Shown: positions 18,692 through 27,847, counted from the stretch's first letter. The stretch is 64,000 bases of DNA from an uncultured virus (IMG/VR IMGVR_UViG_3300042937_000239) (IMGVR_UViG_3300042937_000239), one strand, 5' to 3'. Notes: a model not told the origin generated them from the letters alone. Numbers and translations: made by a program.

Positions 18692-20005
18692 ATGAACACA
18701 GATGAAATATACGAATGCTTACGAGGCATTGCAGCAGAGCCTTCTACAAACGCTAAGATTGAAATGTTAGAATTCTATCTACAAGATTATGAGTTTGAGA
18801 AGGTTATTACATATGCGTACAACCCCTTCCTTACATTTGGTGTACGTAAAGTACCTAATGTTTCGCATAAGGTTGGTTTATTAAAATCATTTGACTATGA
18901 TACATGGGGTTTGCTTGACTTATTACGTCAACGACATGTGACAGGTAAGCTTGCAATTGTGACTTTATTAGAGACAATGGGACAGCTGTACAATGGTTCT
19001 GAGGCAGTGTTGAGAGGTATTCTAGAGAAAGACCTTAGAGCAGGCTTTGATGCTAAGACAATTAACAAGGCTGTCCCTGGCTTAATACCTGTAGCAGCAT
19101 ATATGAGATGCAGCTTACCTAAGCATGTAAAGATGGATGAGTTCCATTTCCCTGCATTTAGTCAAGAGAAAGCAGATGGCCTGTTTGTAAATATCACAAT
19201 GGAAGGCTCAGCTATTACAATGCTAAGTCGTAAATACCAAGAGATGCCCGTTGAGTCGTACAAAGAGTTACTAGTACAGGCAGAAGGCCTTAAGGTAATT
19301 AAAGAAGGTTACCAAACACATGGTGAATTGATTGTAGAAGTTAATGGTGTACCCCTAGAGCGTAAAACTAGTAATGGTGTCTTAAGGCGTGTTAACCTAG
19401 GCGGTGAATTCAAGAACGGAGAGTATCCCGTATTTCATTATTGGGATATTGTGCCTATAACATCTATAAGAAAGAATATAGACAATACCATGTACGTAGA
19501 TAGATATAACTCTATTAACAATTATGATCGGAAACATGTTAAAGCAATTCCCTCTAAGATGGTTATGAATCTACAAGAAGCTGAAGATCACTTTGTAGAG
19601 TTGAGTAAACAAGGTAAAGAAGGCACTGTTCTAAAATCTTATAGAGCTGTTTGGAAGAACGGTGTTAGTAAAGATATCGTTAAGTTCAAGAAGGAGTTAC
19701 ATTGTGAATTAAGAGTAATTGATTTTAATCCAGGTACAGGGGAGAATGCTGATACATTTGGTTCTCTTAAATGTAGTACAGAAGATGGGCAGCTTGTGGT
19801 TAACGTAGGCAATCTTACTAATGAATTAACGTGGGAGATCCATGAGAATTATGATGGCTGGATTTATGCTATCATTGAAGTGACTTATTCATCCGTCATT
19901 ACTAATGAAAAGGGTGAGTACAGTTTGTTTGAACCAAAGTACGTAGAACGTCGTTACGACAAAGACACTGCAGATACATTAGAATCACTATTGGAGGTAA
20001 AATGA
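18692..20005 (+). CDS. ATP-dependent DNA ligase
   Basis: QEKADG (KxDG); HGEL; WDIV; EGTVLK; KFK; SLFEP..R.DK. Confidence 0.9.
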   Translation: MNTDEIYECLRGIAAEPSTNAKIEMLEFYLQDYEFEKVITYAYNPFLTFGVRKVPNVSHKVGLLKSFDYDTWGLLDLLRQRHVTGKLAIVTLLETMGQLYNGSEAVLRGILEKDLRAGFDAKTINKAVPGLIPVAAYMRCSLPKHVKMDEFHFPAFSQEKADGLFVNITMEGSAITMLSRKYQEMPVESYKELLVQAEGLKVIKEGYQTHGELIVEVNGVPLERKTSNGVLRRVNLGGEFKNGEYPVFHYWDIVPITSIRKNIDNTMYVDRYNSINNYDRKHVKAIPSKMVMNLQEAEDHFVELSKQGKEGTVLKSYRAVWKNGVSKDIVKFKKELHCELRVIDFNPGTGENADTFGSLKCSTEDGQLVVNVGNLTNELTWEIHENYDGWIYAIIEVTYSSVITNEKGEYSLFEPKYVERRYDKDTADTLESLLEVK

Positions 20006-20132
20006 TAGAATTTACAGGTATTATGGAATGGCTAATGCAAGCTAGTTTAGTTGTTATAGCAGGCTCATTAGCAATAATTATATTTGCATTTGCAGTATTT
20101 GCGATTAGAAACATGTATGAGGATTTAATGAA

Positions 20133-20765
20133 ATGAGTAAACAAGCAATCTTTACAGTAGGTATTAGTGGTTCAGGTAAGTCAACTTGGGCATGGCAGCA
20201 TCAAGATGAATGGCGTGTAATTGATAGAGATGTCATCAGGCGTACACATCTTATTCTTAATGTTAAAGAGTACGATCCCTCAGAAGATAATATGTGGGAT
20301 CATTGGGATTTTGAAACAATGGAAGCTACATGTAACAGACGTAGAGAAGAGCTTATTGAGGCTGTTCTTCTTGAAGGTAGTAATGTTATATTTGCAGACA
20401 CTAATCTTAACTATAAAAAGTTAGAGCCTCTAATGCAGCAGCTACTTAGAGAAGATTATAGTGTTAAGTTTCAATTCTTCCCAACAACGTTAGAAGATGC
20501 TAAGTACAGAAATGCATGTAGACGTGATGCTGTGCCTGATCATTTGCTACAGATTCAGTACACAGCTTATAATGCATTCAAAGGTGCTCCCATTAGATTA
20601 GATTATGGTGATGTACCATTTGATGTAATCCTTGATTGTATGACAGGGGAGATTGACTCAGTAGAAATAGCTGGTATTTATGTAGGTAATGTATTGGCGG
20701 AACATGTAATCATGAGCCTAAGAGATGATATAATTGAACTTAAAGTAATGGATGTAAGACCATGA
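20133..20765 (+). CDS. polynucleotide kinase-like P-loop protein (AAA_33)
   Basis: VGISGSGKSTWA; DRDVIR; ADTNL; RNACR. Confidence 0.8.
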   Translation: MSKQAIFTVGISGSGKSTWAWQHQDEWRVIDRDVIRRTHLILNVKEYDPSEDNMWDHWDFETMEATCNRRREELIEAVLLEGSNVIFADTNLNYKKLEPLMQQLLREDYSVKFQFFPTTLEDAKYRNACRRDAVPDHLLQIQYTAYNAFKGAPIRLDYGDVPFDVILDCMTGEIDSVEIAGIYVGNVLAEHVIMSLRDDIIELKVMDVRP

Positions 20766-20962
20766 GTGATAATTTTGATGCATTAGTAGAGTTATTAGGC
20801 TTTGATCAGCCTGCTGATATTGACAATATCTTAGGGCATGCTGTACTAGAGATATTAGACGCTAGGTACACAATTAAAGAGATGGGTGCTGAGCTTAGAT
20901 ATCAAAGAGCAAGATACATTGAACTTCGTAAAAAGGCTTTAATTGGAGGAGTATTGAAATGA
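20762..20962 (+). CDS. hypothetical protein
   Basis: ATGA overlap; 66 aa. Confidence 0.6.
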   Translation: MSDNFDALVELLGFDQPADIDNILGHAVLEILDARYTIKEMGAELRYQRARYIELRKKALIGGVLK

Positions 20963-21144
20963 GAATAAGTGACGAAGAAAAAGAACAACTCCGACAAGAT
21001 CATCGTGAACAGTGGCTAGGTGAATGGAAAGGGACACTTAAAGAATTTGATGAACACTATGTTCCATTGGACTTTAATGACGATGACTGGATCGATAATG
21101 ATGAAGACGAACTTGATGATGAATGGGATGAGGAGGACACATGA
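20959..21144 (+). CDS. very acidic small protein
   Basis: D/E-rich tail; GGAGG RBS. Confidence 0.6.
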   Translation: MRISDEEKEQLRQDHREQWLGEWKGTLKEFDEHYVPLDFNDDDWIDNDEDELDDEWDEEDT

Positions 21145-21395
21145 ATATGTATCAAGAACTAGTTGATGAAGGTTGTAATATTCCAGATTTACTCAGAGCT
21201 AACGCAGGCAATGTAGGAGATATGGGTGTTTTATTAGAAGCAGCAGCTGCTCATATTGAGGCCTTAGAAGCTAACTTAAAAGATACAAGAGATTATTTTG
21301 CAATGGTTGATAAAATTGCTAAGTCTATTAGCCAAAACAATAGCGCCCTTCAAGAAACTTTAAGGGTAGCTAAAGTATTCGGGAGAATCAAGTGA
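21141..21395 (+). CDS. hypothetical coiled-coil protein
   Basis: LLEAAAAHIEALE; GAGGAGG RBS. Confidence 0.6.
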   Translation: MNMYQELVDEGCNIPDLLRANAGNVGDMGVLLEAAAAHIEALEANLKDTRDYFAMVDKIAKSISQNNSALQETLRVAKVFGRIK

Positions 21396-21535
21396 TATTA
21401 ACTGATGAACAAGAGTGTGAGTACGACCCAGAGCCTGAAGAGCTTAATTGGGAAGAAGATGGTGACAGAATTCTAGGGCCACATGGCTATAATAGAAACT
21501 GTATGTGTTATCAATGCAATCCACCGGGGTGAGTT

Positions 21536-21778
21536 ATGGCAAAGTTAAAGCTTAAAGAAGCTATTTATCAGATGAAAATGGGTTATTTAGTTACAATTAC
21601 AAAGATCAATGAAGACCATGCGATTGGTGAATTTGAGGGGGAGGATGGTGACGGATACCTACATATAATTACATCCGAATGGAATCTCGATGGTACACAC
21701 CCTTTTAATCCTCAAGCTAAGCTAAGGAAAGTTAAAATGTTTTGTCAAGACAGAAAGTACTATTCGCACGGGAGCTAA
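21536..21778 (+). CDS. member of the repeated small beta-domain family
   Basis: Y.MKMGYLVTI...W.LDG pattern shared with 22780/22992. Confidence 0.55.
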   Translation: MAKLKLKEAIYQMKMGYLVTITKINEDHAIGEFEGEDGDGYLHIITSEWNLDGTHPFNPQAKLRKVKMFCQDRKYYSHGS

Positions 21779-21905
21779 TTATGGTTATCTTTTTAGTACT
21801 CTTGTATACTTACGCAAGTGCAGGTATATTTGTAGTTCTGACAATGCTTTACGGTTTCTCGGAATTTGAAGCATTTTTACTAGTAACTTTACTAGGGCTA
21901 ATACT

Positions 21906-22544
21906 ATGGAGTGTAATATGAACTTTAATAAATTTACAGACAGAATGTTCAAAAAAGTTGACAATACAGTATGGGACTTAATGTCTGGTACAGTTGGCTT
22001 TAAAACACAAGAAGGCATCTTATCTCTTGATTTAGGTGAGAAAGACGCTGAAGGCAACCATAATGATCCACAAATTGTAATTAATCTTATGGATGAATTT
22101 GGCATGGCAATTCCTGCGTTTGCACAAAATACACCTGTGTCTATGATTGAGATGGGTGATTTAGTTTATAGTGCAACAACAGGTAATGCATTAGGCTGGA
22201 TTGTTAAGAAGAATTCTAAATCATTTGATTTGTTAAAACCAGATGGCACTAGAAGTAACTGGACACCACCTAAGGTACAAATGTTAGGCATGGAGTCCGG
22301 TGTTATGATTCTTAAATCATTTATGGCGATGTTGCCTACTGAGGGTGCTAACAGCTTTCAGAACTCTTTAATGCCTATGATGATGATGGGCATGATGGAT
22401 GGTGACGACAAGATGGACAGGTTAATTCCAATGATGTTAATGTCTAGTACAATGAGTAATGGTAACAATCAAATGATGTCAATGTTACCTATAATGATGA
22501 TGATGAAAGGGGAGGGTGGGAGCATGTTCGGAGGAAAAAAGTAG
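21906..22544 (+). CDS. hypothetical protein with a Met-rich C-terminus
   Basis: LMPMMMMGMM and LPIMMMMK repeats. Confidence 0.7.
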   Translation: MECNMNFNKFTDRMFKKVDNTVWDLMSGTVGFKTQEGILSLDLGEKDAEGNHNDPQIVINLMDEFGMAIPAFAQNTPVSMIEMGDLVYSATTGNALGWIVKKNSKSFDLLKPDGTRSNWTPPKVQMLGMESGVMILKSFMAMLPTEGANSFQNSLMPMMMMGMMDGDDKMDRLIPMMLMSSTMSNGNNQMMSMLPIMMMMKGEGGSMFGGKK

Positions 22545-22555
22545 ACACTGAAGAA

Positions 22556-22783
22556 ATGCGCATATTTGATAGACTAATTGCCTTACGAGATGAATTGTGT
22601 CCTGATTTTGTACCTGATTGGTCTTTAGGTAACAGCGGTAACTATGTATTACGCTTCAGTACTATTCAAGGCGTATGGAAGCCTGACCCTAAAGGAACTT
22701 ATGACGGAAGGGTTGGGCCTCACTTTAGCGCAGAAGCAGCTGAAATAGCTTGTAAGATGTTAAATAACAAAGGGGTCTTATGA
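22556..22783 (+). CDS. hypothetical protein
   Basis: 75 aa; overlaps the next ATG. Confidence 0.6.
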   Translation: MRIFDRLIALRDELCPDFVPDWSLGNSGNYVLRFSTIQGVWKPDPKGTYDGRVGPHFSAEAAEIACKMLNNKGVL

Positions 22784-22992
22784 ACATTGAAATTCAAAAG
22801 AAGTACAAAACACGATGTAATTTTAAGGTCGAAATACGCCAAATAATCACTTCAACTCCAACAGGATATCCAGTCCTTGGTGCTTATTTTGACAATGACT
22901 ACGGTGATTGGGTAGATGAAAGATGGATGCTTGATGGCAGATGCGATGAAGAAATCCTTGACAATGATTTAGACTTAGTGGAGAAAAACTAA
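22780..22992 (+). CDS. member of the repeated small beta-domain family (1 copy)
   Basis: YKTR...VEI...YPVLG...W..DG...DLDLV. Confidence 0.65.
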   Translation: MNIEIQKKYKTRCNFKVEIRQIITSTPTGYPVLGAYFDNDYGDWVDERWMLDGRCDEEILDNDLDLVEKN

Positions 22993-23663
22993 TGCAGTTA
23001 AAAGTAGGCGGTAAATACAAAAATCGTAGAGGTTATGTAGTTGAGATTGTAGAAAAGCTTCACGATGATACGTATCCTTTTATTGATACGCAAGATACAT
23101 CATATACATTTGAAGGTGTATATCTAAGAACCCATCCTAACCACGTTAATGATTTAATTGAGGAGATTTATGTGTTTGATTTAAATGCAACGTATGTAAC
23201 AAAGTCTGGACAACAGGTAGTAATCATAGCAAGAACTCCAAAGCTTACATACCCTATTATTGGCCTCTATAAAAGTGGCAGTGATTGGCAGTTAGCCAGT
23301 TGGACAGAAGAAGGTATTTACGATTTGAGTGATATTAGCTATTTAGATCTTGTAAAGGTAGATGCTAATCAATTACGTACTCGTAACGGCACTATGGTTA
23401 AGATATACGAAAGATATGAAGATGAGATTCATGGTGCTTACTTCTCAGAAGGCAAATGGAAGTCATCTACATGGACTGTTGAGGGCGGTTTTTATCAAAC
23501 TGGAAAGGAACAGTCGTGTCTTGACATTGATTGGACACCACCTAAAAACTGGACGGCAGGCATCGAATTTTGCGCACAGGCGGGGGCAGGCGGGGCAACG
23601 GGGGGCAATGGCTCATACCAGCCAGACCCTGCGGCAGTCGGGGCAGAGCGCGTCAATCTGTAG
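22992..23663 (+). CDS. member of the repeated small beta-domain family (3 tandem copies)
   Basis: YKNRRG.VVEI / YVTKSG.QVVI / LRTRNG.MVKI repeats; C-terminus runs into a GC-rich island. Confidence 0.7.
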   Translation: MQLKVGGKYKNRRGYVVEIVEKLHDDTYPFIDTQDTSYTFEGVYLRTHPNHVNDLIEEIYVFDLNATYVTKSGQQVVIIARTPKLTYPIIGLYKSGSDWQLASWTEEGIYDLSDISYLDLVKVDANQLRTRNGTMVKIYERYEDEIHGAYFSEGKWKSSTWTVEGGFYQTGKEQSCLDIDWTPPKNWTAGIEFCAQAGAGGATGGNGSYQPDPAAVGAERVNL

Positions 23664-23700
23664 CAAATTTTGTACCTTTAGCGGGTGTCGGTTTTATGGC
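23550..23700. repeat. second GC-rich GGGGCA-repeat island
   Basis: GGGGGCAGGCGGGGCAACGGGGGGCAA...; lies directly before motif A copy 3. Confidence 0.6.
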
Positions 23701-23709
23701 GAATGTCCA

Positions 23710-23727
23710 ACCCCGTTAAATTAACCC
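23710..23727 (+). promoter_or_regulatory. motif A copy 3
   Basis: Exact ACCCCGTTAAATTAACCC. Confidence 0.75.
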
Positions 23728-23791
23728 TATTTTCAAAAACGAAGATAGAAAACATTCGCAACTTAATTTATTTATTATACTGGAGCATATC

Positions 23792-24412
23792 ATGTCACAA
23801 ATTCAACAAGCATTCGTAATCGATGGTAAAGTTTTCGCTACTAAAGCTGAAGCACAAGCATTTATCCGTCGTCCGTTGATCTTAAAAGCTTTCTTAGATT
23901 TGACCAAAAATAACGAAGAGTTATCTAACTGGTTAGTTGAAAATCAAGAAACAGTTGAAGCTGCCTTTGAAACAGGCACTATTAGACGTGTTACCAAATC
24001 TGACTATAACAAGTTAGATAAAGCATTAGCAGAGTTGACACATGGCTTCTTGTTTGATAACTTAGAAGCTGTTCGTGAATCTTTCCGCTGGCCAGCTGTT
24101 AAACGCTTAACTGCAGAACAAAAAGTTGCAGAAGCTACTACATTGCTTGCTAATGCATCAGGTAACCCTGAACTAGCTGCATATGTTGTTGCTAATCAAG
24201 ATGCAATTCTTGAAGGCTACAAAGCAGGCGTTGAAAAACGTGAAATTAACACTAACGCTGTAGCTGGCTTAAATGAATGGAGAGCTAGACAAGCTGCTGA
24301 AAAAGCTGAACTTGAAGCTGCTGCATTGATTGGACCAGAAGAAGTAGAAGCCGTTAAAGCAAAACATGCTGCTGCTACTGCTGAAAGAAATGCTGCTAAA
24401 GCTGCTGCATAA
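23792..24412 (+). CDS. hypothetical helical protein, apparently its own transcription unit
   Basis: Flanked by motif A and a terminator; Ala/Lys-rich tail. Confidence 0.75.
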   Translation: MSQIQQAFVIDGKVFATKAEAQAFIRRPLILKAFLDLTKNNEELSNWLVENQETVEAAFETGTIRRVTKSDYNKLDKALAELTHGFLFDNLEAVRESFRWPAVKRLTAEQKVAEATTLLANASGNPELAAYVVANQDAILEGYKAGVEKREINTNAVAGLNEWRARQAAEKAELEAAALIGPEEVEAVKAKHAAATAERNAAKAAA

Positions 24413-24422
24413 ATAAATTAAC

Positions 24423-24456
24423 AAGACCCCTTGACCTGTATGGTTAAGGGGTTTTT
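24423..24456 (+). terminator. intrinsic terminator
   Basis: ACCCCTTGACC-TGTAT-GGTTAAGGGGT plus T-tract. Confidence 0.7.
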
Positions 24457-24623
24457 AATCGAGGTTTTATGAGAGTACTAGTTATATTGATTTTAAGTAT
24501 CACAACGGCTCATGCTGATGTTAAGTGGATCGGCAAGGGTAAATGTAAAGTACAATTAATTACTGAGAAGAGACATGATATTCTTGGTGGACTTGCAACA
24601 ACACATAGATTTGGGAAATTACA

Positions 24624-24944
24624 ATGTACAAAGTAGTAGGCATTACATTCAGACCAGAGTCAGTACAACAGTTCTACTATGGCATAGCGGAAGGCAATTT
24701 AGGTTTTATAGAAAGAGAGCCTGGAAATCAGTATGATCCTAATGCAGTAAGAGTATTGGCATTGCATCATGGTACAAATAAGTTTGTATTTATTGGGTAC
24801 TTGCCCAAAGGTATGGACAAGGTGTTTAAGGGTAACTTTGCAACAATAAGGTTTATTAAAGACCGTCGATTTGAAATAATTGCTGAATACGACAAAAATC
24901 CACATCAGGGGGTTATCAATGCTGCTAAAACTATCACTTTGTAA
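24624..24944 (+). CDS. HIRAN-domain protein
   Basis: VVGITFR; EREPGNQYDPNAVRV; IGYLPK. Confidence 0.85.
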   Translation: MYKVVGITFRPESVQQFYYGIAEGNLGFIEREPGNQYDPNAVRVLALHHGTNKFVFIGYLPKGMDKVFKGNFATIRFIKDRRFEIIAEYDKNPHQGVINAAKTITL

Positions 24945-25112
24945 TGACAATGGTTTGTTCATATTAAATGTAGCTAAAACAGAAACTGTACGTGTGCATA
25001 GAGACGGCAGTACATTTAAATTGGAAGCAACTTATACTGCTGCAGATAAGGCAGTGTGGGATATTACTGAAAACTGTTATAATAGAATAATTCACAAATT
25101 GGAGATAATGTC

Positions 25113-25310
25113 ATGATTTTCGCTATAACTGATATAAGCGATGGTGTTAAATATGTATTGAATATGGATCACTTATCAGGTCTTATTTTAGATCCGCCTG
25201 AAGGTAATGAAGTAGATATTACTATTATGTACCCACAAGCTATTCGCTATGTAACCGTTAATCTAGATGATGCCAAACGTATTGGAGATTATTATGCTAC
25301 AATTAGATAA
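25113..25310 (+). CDS. hypothetical protein
   Basis: GGAG RBS; 65 aa. Confidence 0.55.
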   Translation: MIFAITDISDGVKYVLNMDHLSGLILDPPEGNEVDITIMYPQAIRYVTVNLDDAKRIGDYYATIR

Positions 25311-25665
25311 AGTTTATTATGACTCTAACAATCATCGTATTAGAATTGTGTATGAACAGGATGATAGGCTGGTAGGTGTTAACCTCTTTAATGGAGACCT
25401 ACATTGGTATCGACTCAATGGGAAGAGTGTTGCAGGTGCTGATATTTTAATGCCAGTAAGATTAGAACCTAATCATCTATATAAAGATCGTGCAGGCAGA
25501 ATTGTTAGAATTGTTTATATTGCTTCTGATGAGAATGACCAGATGCCTTGTTTAGGTGTGTTCAAAGAAGATATAAAAGAATGTGCTAGTTGGTACAGTA
25601 TTACAGGCCATTATCATCACGATTGTAGTTTTGCATCTTTTGATTTAATTCTGGAGGTATTCTAA
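25294..25665 (+). CDS. member of the repeated small beta-domain family (2 copies)
   Basis: YYDSNN.RIRIVY / YKDRAG.IVRIVY...WYSITG...FDLI; start ATG 25294 after GGAG. Confidence 0.65.
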   Translation: MLQLDKVYYDSNNHRIRIVYEQDDRLVGVNLFNGDLHWYRLNGKSVAGADILMPVRLEPNHLYKDRAGRIVRIVYIASDENDQMPCLGVFKEDIKECASWYSITGHYHHDCSFASFDLILEVF

Positions 25666-25856
25666 TGGATGATTCATATTATTCATGCAAGATCTGTGGG
25701 GAAATCATGCTTAACAAGACAAGTGAGCCTTGTCATTTACATGCACCTGATGATCTTACAGTTTTATGTCGATTCATAGGGGAAGGGATTTGGAAAACTT
25801 TAGCATTTCCAGTTTCATTTTTAGTAAAAGTTTTACACTTACGTGAGCGAGGTTAA
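25665..25856 (+). CDS. small Cys/His protein
   Basis: CKICG...CH.H; GGAGG RBS. Confidence 0.5.
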   Translation: MDDSYYSCKICGEIMLNKTSEPCHLHAPDDLTVLCRFIGEGIWKTLAFPVSFLVKVLHLRERG

Positions 25857-26523
25857 TATGAATTGTAAATTTACTATGTTTAAACCTAAAGACGCATTCG
25901 AGGAAGAAGCGCTTTATCCACGTATTGCTGCAGGATATAGAGGTGCATTACAGCGTGAAAGAAAACTCTCTAGCACTTTGCAAGTAATTGTCTTTGACCC
26001 AATAACAGGCAAACAACGCCATATTGGAGATTTACCCGCGAGTTATGGAAATGTCTTCCCTTATGAATACACGGTAGCTACATTCGAAATTATAAAGCGT
26101 AGTGGTAATAATATAACATTAGTAGTCACCAATGTTGTAGCAAATCCCTATTTAGCAGTCGGTGAAATTGAGAGACTCGTTGATAGTACACCGCATGTTT
26201 TCGAGAATGACAGCAGTGCTGGCCATAAAATCTTAAACGAGTCTAAACATTTTAAACGGGCCGCAGTAGGAGACACAGGCTTCCTTGAAAGAGCGTCAGG
26301 CATAATTGATGTAAATCTTTATTTTGGACAGGATCATTTTTCAAAAATCGGACAAGTCTGTGGAAGTGTGCTAGATACAAAGTACAAAATGGCTACATTC
26401 GAAATAGTTTCAGTAGGACGCCATGGTAAGTTTTTAGAAGTGCGCGACGTGATTGAAGACCCTTACATTATGGAAAGCAAAATTGCAGCATTGCTTGAAT
26501 CGAAGAAGAGATGGCGTTATTAA
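25843..26523 (+). CDS. internally duplicated protein, possibly degenerate HIRAN-like
   Basis: Both halves share G.L.R...IG...ATFEI...L.V..V...PY....I..L. Confidence 0.55.
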   Translation: MSEVNMNCKFTMFKPKDAFEEEALYPRIAAGYRGALQRERKLSSTLQVIVFDPITGKQRHIGDLPASYGNVFPYEYTVATFEIIKRSGNNITLVVTNVVANPYLAVGEIERLVDSTPHVFENDSSAGHKILNESKHFKRAAVGDTGFLERASGIIDVNLYFGQDHFSKIGQVCGSVLDTKYKMATFEIVSVGRHGKFLEVRDVIEDPYIMESKIAALLESKKRWRY

Positions 26524-26544
26524 ATTTAATTTAGAGGAAGTACT

Positions 26545-26910
26545 ATGAGAGTTGGCGACGTAATTTTAAATAAAGAAGATGAGAAAGGCGTAATTGCGTA
26601 TATTGACAAAACGCCTGATTTTTCAACTTATTTGTGTGTGTTTAAAGAAGAAGATTCATCTTCTTCTGCTGCATGGTACTCTCTTAGAGAATTAAGGCTA
26701 GCCCCTAAGTTTAGCTTAGGTGAGACCGTTAAAGATGGTATGGGTACTAAATATACAATTGTTAGTATTTGTGAAGGTAACGTTAGATACCCTATTTTAG
26801 CTGTGCGTAATATTAATAAAAATAATGCGCATTGTGAAAGCTTTACGATTGAAGGTCATATCTATGCTGACGTATCAGGCGATGATTCACGCAATCTAAT
26901 TCCTAATTAA
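26545..26910 (+). CDS. member of the repeated small beta-domain family (2 copies)
   Basis: VGDVILNK..KGVI...WY / LGETVKDGMG.KYTI...RYPILA...FTIEG...NLI. Confidence 0.6.
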   Translation: MRVGDVILNKEDEKGVIAYIDKTPDFSTYLCVFKEEDSSSSAAWYSLRELRLAPKFSLGETVKDGMGTKYTIVSICEGNVRYPILAVRNINKNNAHCESFTIEGHIYADVSGDDSRNLIPN

Positions 26911-26915
26911 CTAAT

Positions 26916-26997
26916 CCCCTCTCTGCTCTCTCATTTGGATGCCTTCGGGTGTTCATTTGGGAGGGTGGAGAGGGTTCTTCCCTTATTTTTTTTTTTT
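26916..26997 (+). terminator. long GU-rich UUCG hairpin terminator
   Basis: CCCTCTCTGCTCTCTCA...GCC-TTCG-GGT...TGGGAGGGTGGAGAGGG, then TTCTTCCCTTA and T12. Confidence 0.75.
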
Positions 26998-27225
26998 ATG
27001 GTATCAGAACATAGTTCAGACGGTGATATACGATCACCTTATAAAGGAGTCTTTTGGCATACTAAAAGATGTAAGTGGGTAGCCAGTAGTCGTGTAGTAC
27101 AAAAGTTTAGAATTGAAAAGAAATATATTGGTGCATTTGATTGTCCTCATGAAGCTTATAAAGCTCGTAAGGCATTCGAAGAACAATTAGAGCCTCAATG
27201 GGAATTGGTACCTTACGATGACTAG
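26998..27225 (+). CDS. stand-alone AP2-like DNA-binding domain protein
   Basis: SPYKGVFWH...KWVA...KYIGAFDCPHEAYKAR; start ATG 26998. Confidence 0.65.
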   Translation: MVSEHSSDGDIRSPYKGVFWHTKRCKWVASSRVVQKFRIEKKYIGAFDCPHEAYKARKAFEEQLEPQWELVPYDD

Positions 27226-27243
27226 ACCCCGTTAAATTAACCC
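27226..27243 (+). promoter_or_regulatory. motif A copy 4
   Basis: Exact 18-mer. Confidence 0.75.
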
Positions 27244-27357
27244 TTTAGCTGCCCCCTTAATTATCCCTCATTTATAGTTATTCTCTTAATTAATACTTAT
27301 TAAGTAATACTATTAATAGAATACAATATATTGAGAGATGGATAGTAACATTGCTTA

Positions 27358-27375
27358 ACCCCGTTAAATTAACCC
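27358..27375 (+). promoter_or_regulatory. motif A copy 5 (upstream of the packaging module)
   Basis: Exact 18-mer. Confidence 0.75.
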
Positions 27376-27439
27376 TAAAAATTAAATAAATAAGAATAGT
27401 ACGTAAAATTGCTATTCGATTGAAAACCTAGAGGTTTGT

Positions 27440-27847
27440 ATGAGTGAGTTGACGAGAATCCACAGCATCAAGCGTGGCGGTCATGCGGCTATTAACAAAC
27501 TTAACGAATTGAGATTTGATCCGATCTATGAACTGGTTACTAAATATCGTGAGATAGAGAAACAAATAGAGTTCTATAATGATTGGAGAGACAACATTAT
27601 TGTACCCTTGACTTCTACCGGCAAGACACGTACATATAATCAAGAAATACATATGAATCTCTATGACAAGTTGACTAATGTCGCTGAAAAATTATTAAGA
27701 TATGGGTATGGTAGAGTACCCGAACTACACGAAGAATCTGTACAAGAACGTGTACCATTGATCATAAACCTCAGTAAAGAGGGCGATACATACATAATTG
27801 GAGAACGGAATGAGTTACCTGATGATTTACCTGTTGATAACGATTAG
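27440..27847 (+). CDS. putative terminase small subunit
   Basis: Helical 135-aa protein, first gene after the late motif and upstream of TerL; assigned by position. Confidence 0.45.
   Translation: MSELTRIHSIKRGGHAAINKLNELRFDPIYELVTKYREIEKQIEFYNDWRDNIIVPLTSTGKTRTYNQEIHMNLYDKLTNVAEKLLRYGYGRVPELHEESVQERVPLIINLSKEGDTYIIGERNELPDDLPVDND

Noticed and set aside
26935..26997. 5' extension of the AP2 ORF given in the ORF track
   Set aside because: It runs through the terminator hairpin and poly-T; ATG 26998 is more plausible
27226..27375. Paired 18-bp repeats as a CRISPR mini-array
   Set aside because: Repeat too short, spacers ~90-115 bp and low complexity, other copies dispersed singly, no cas genes seen
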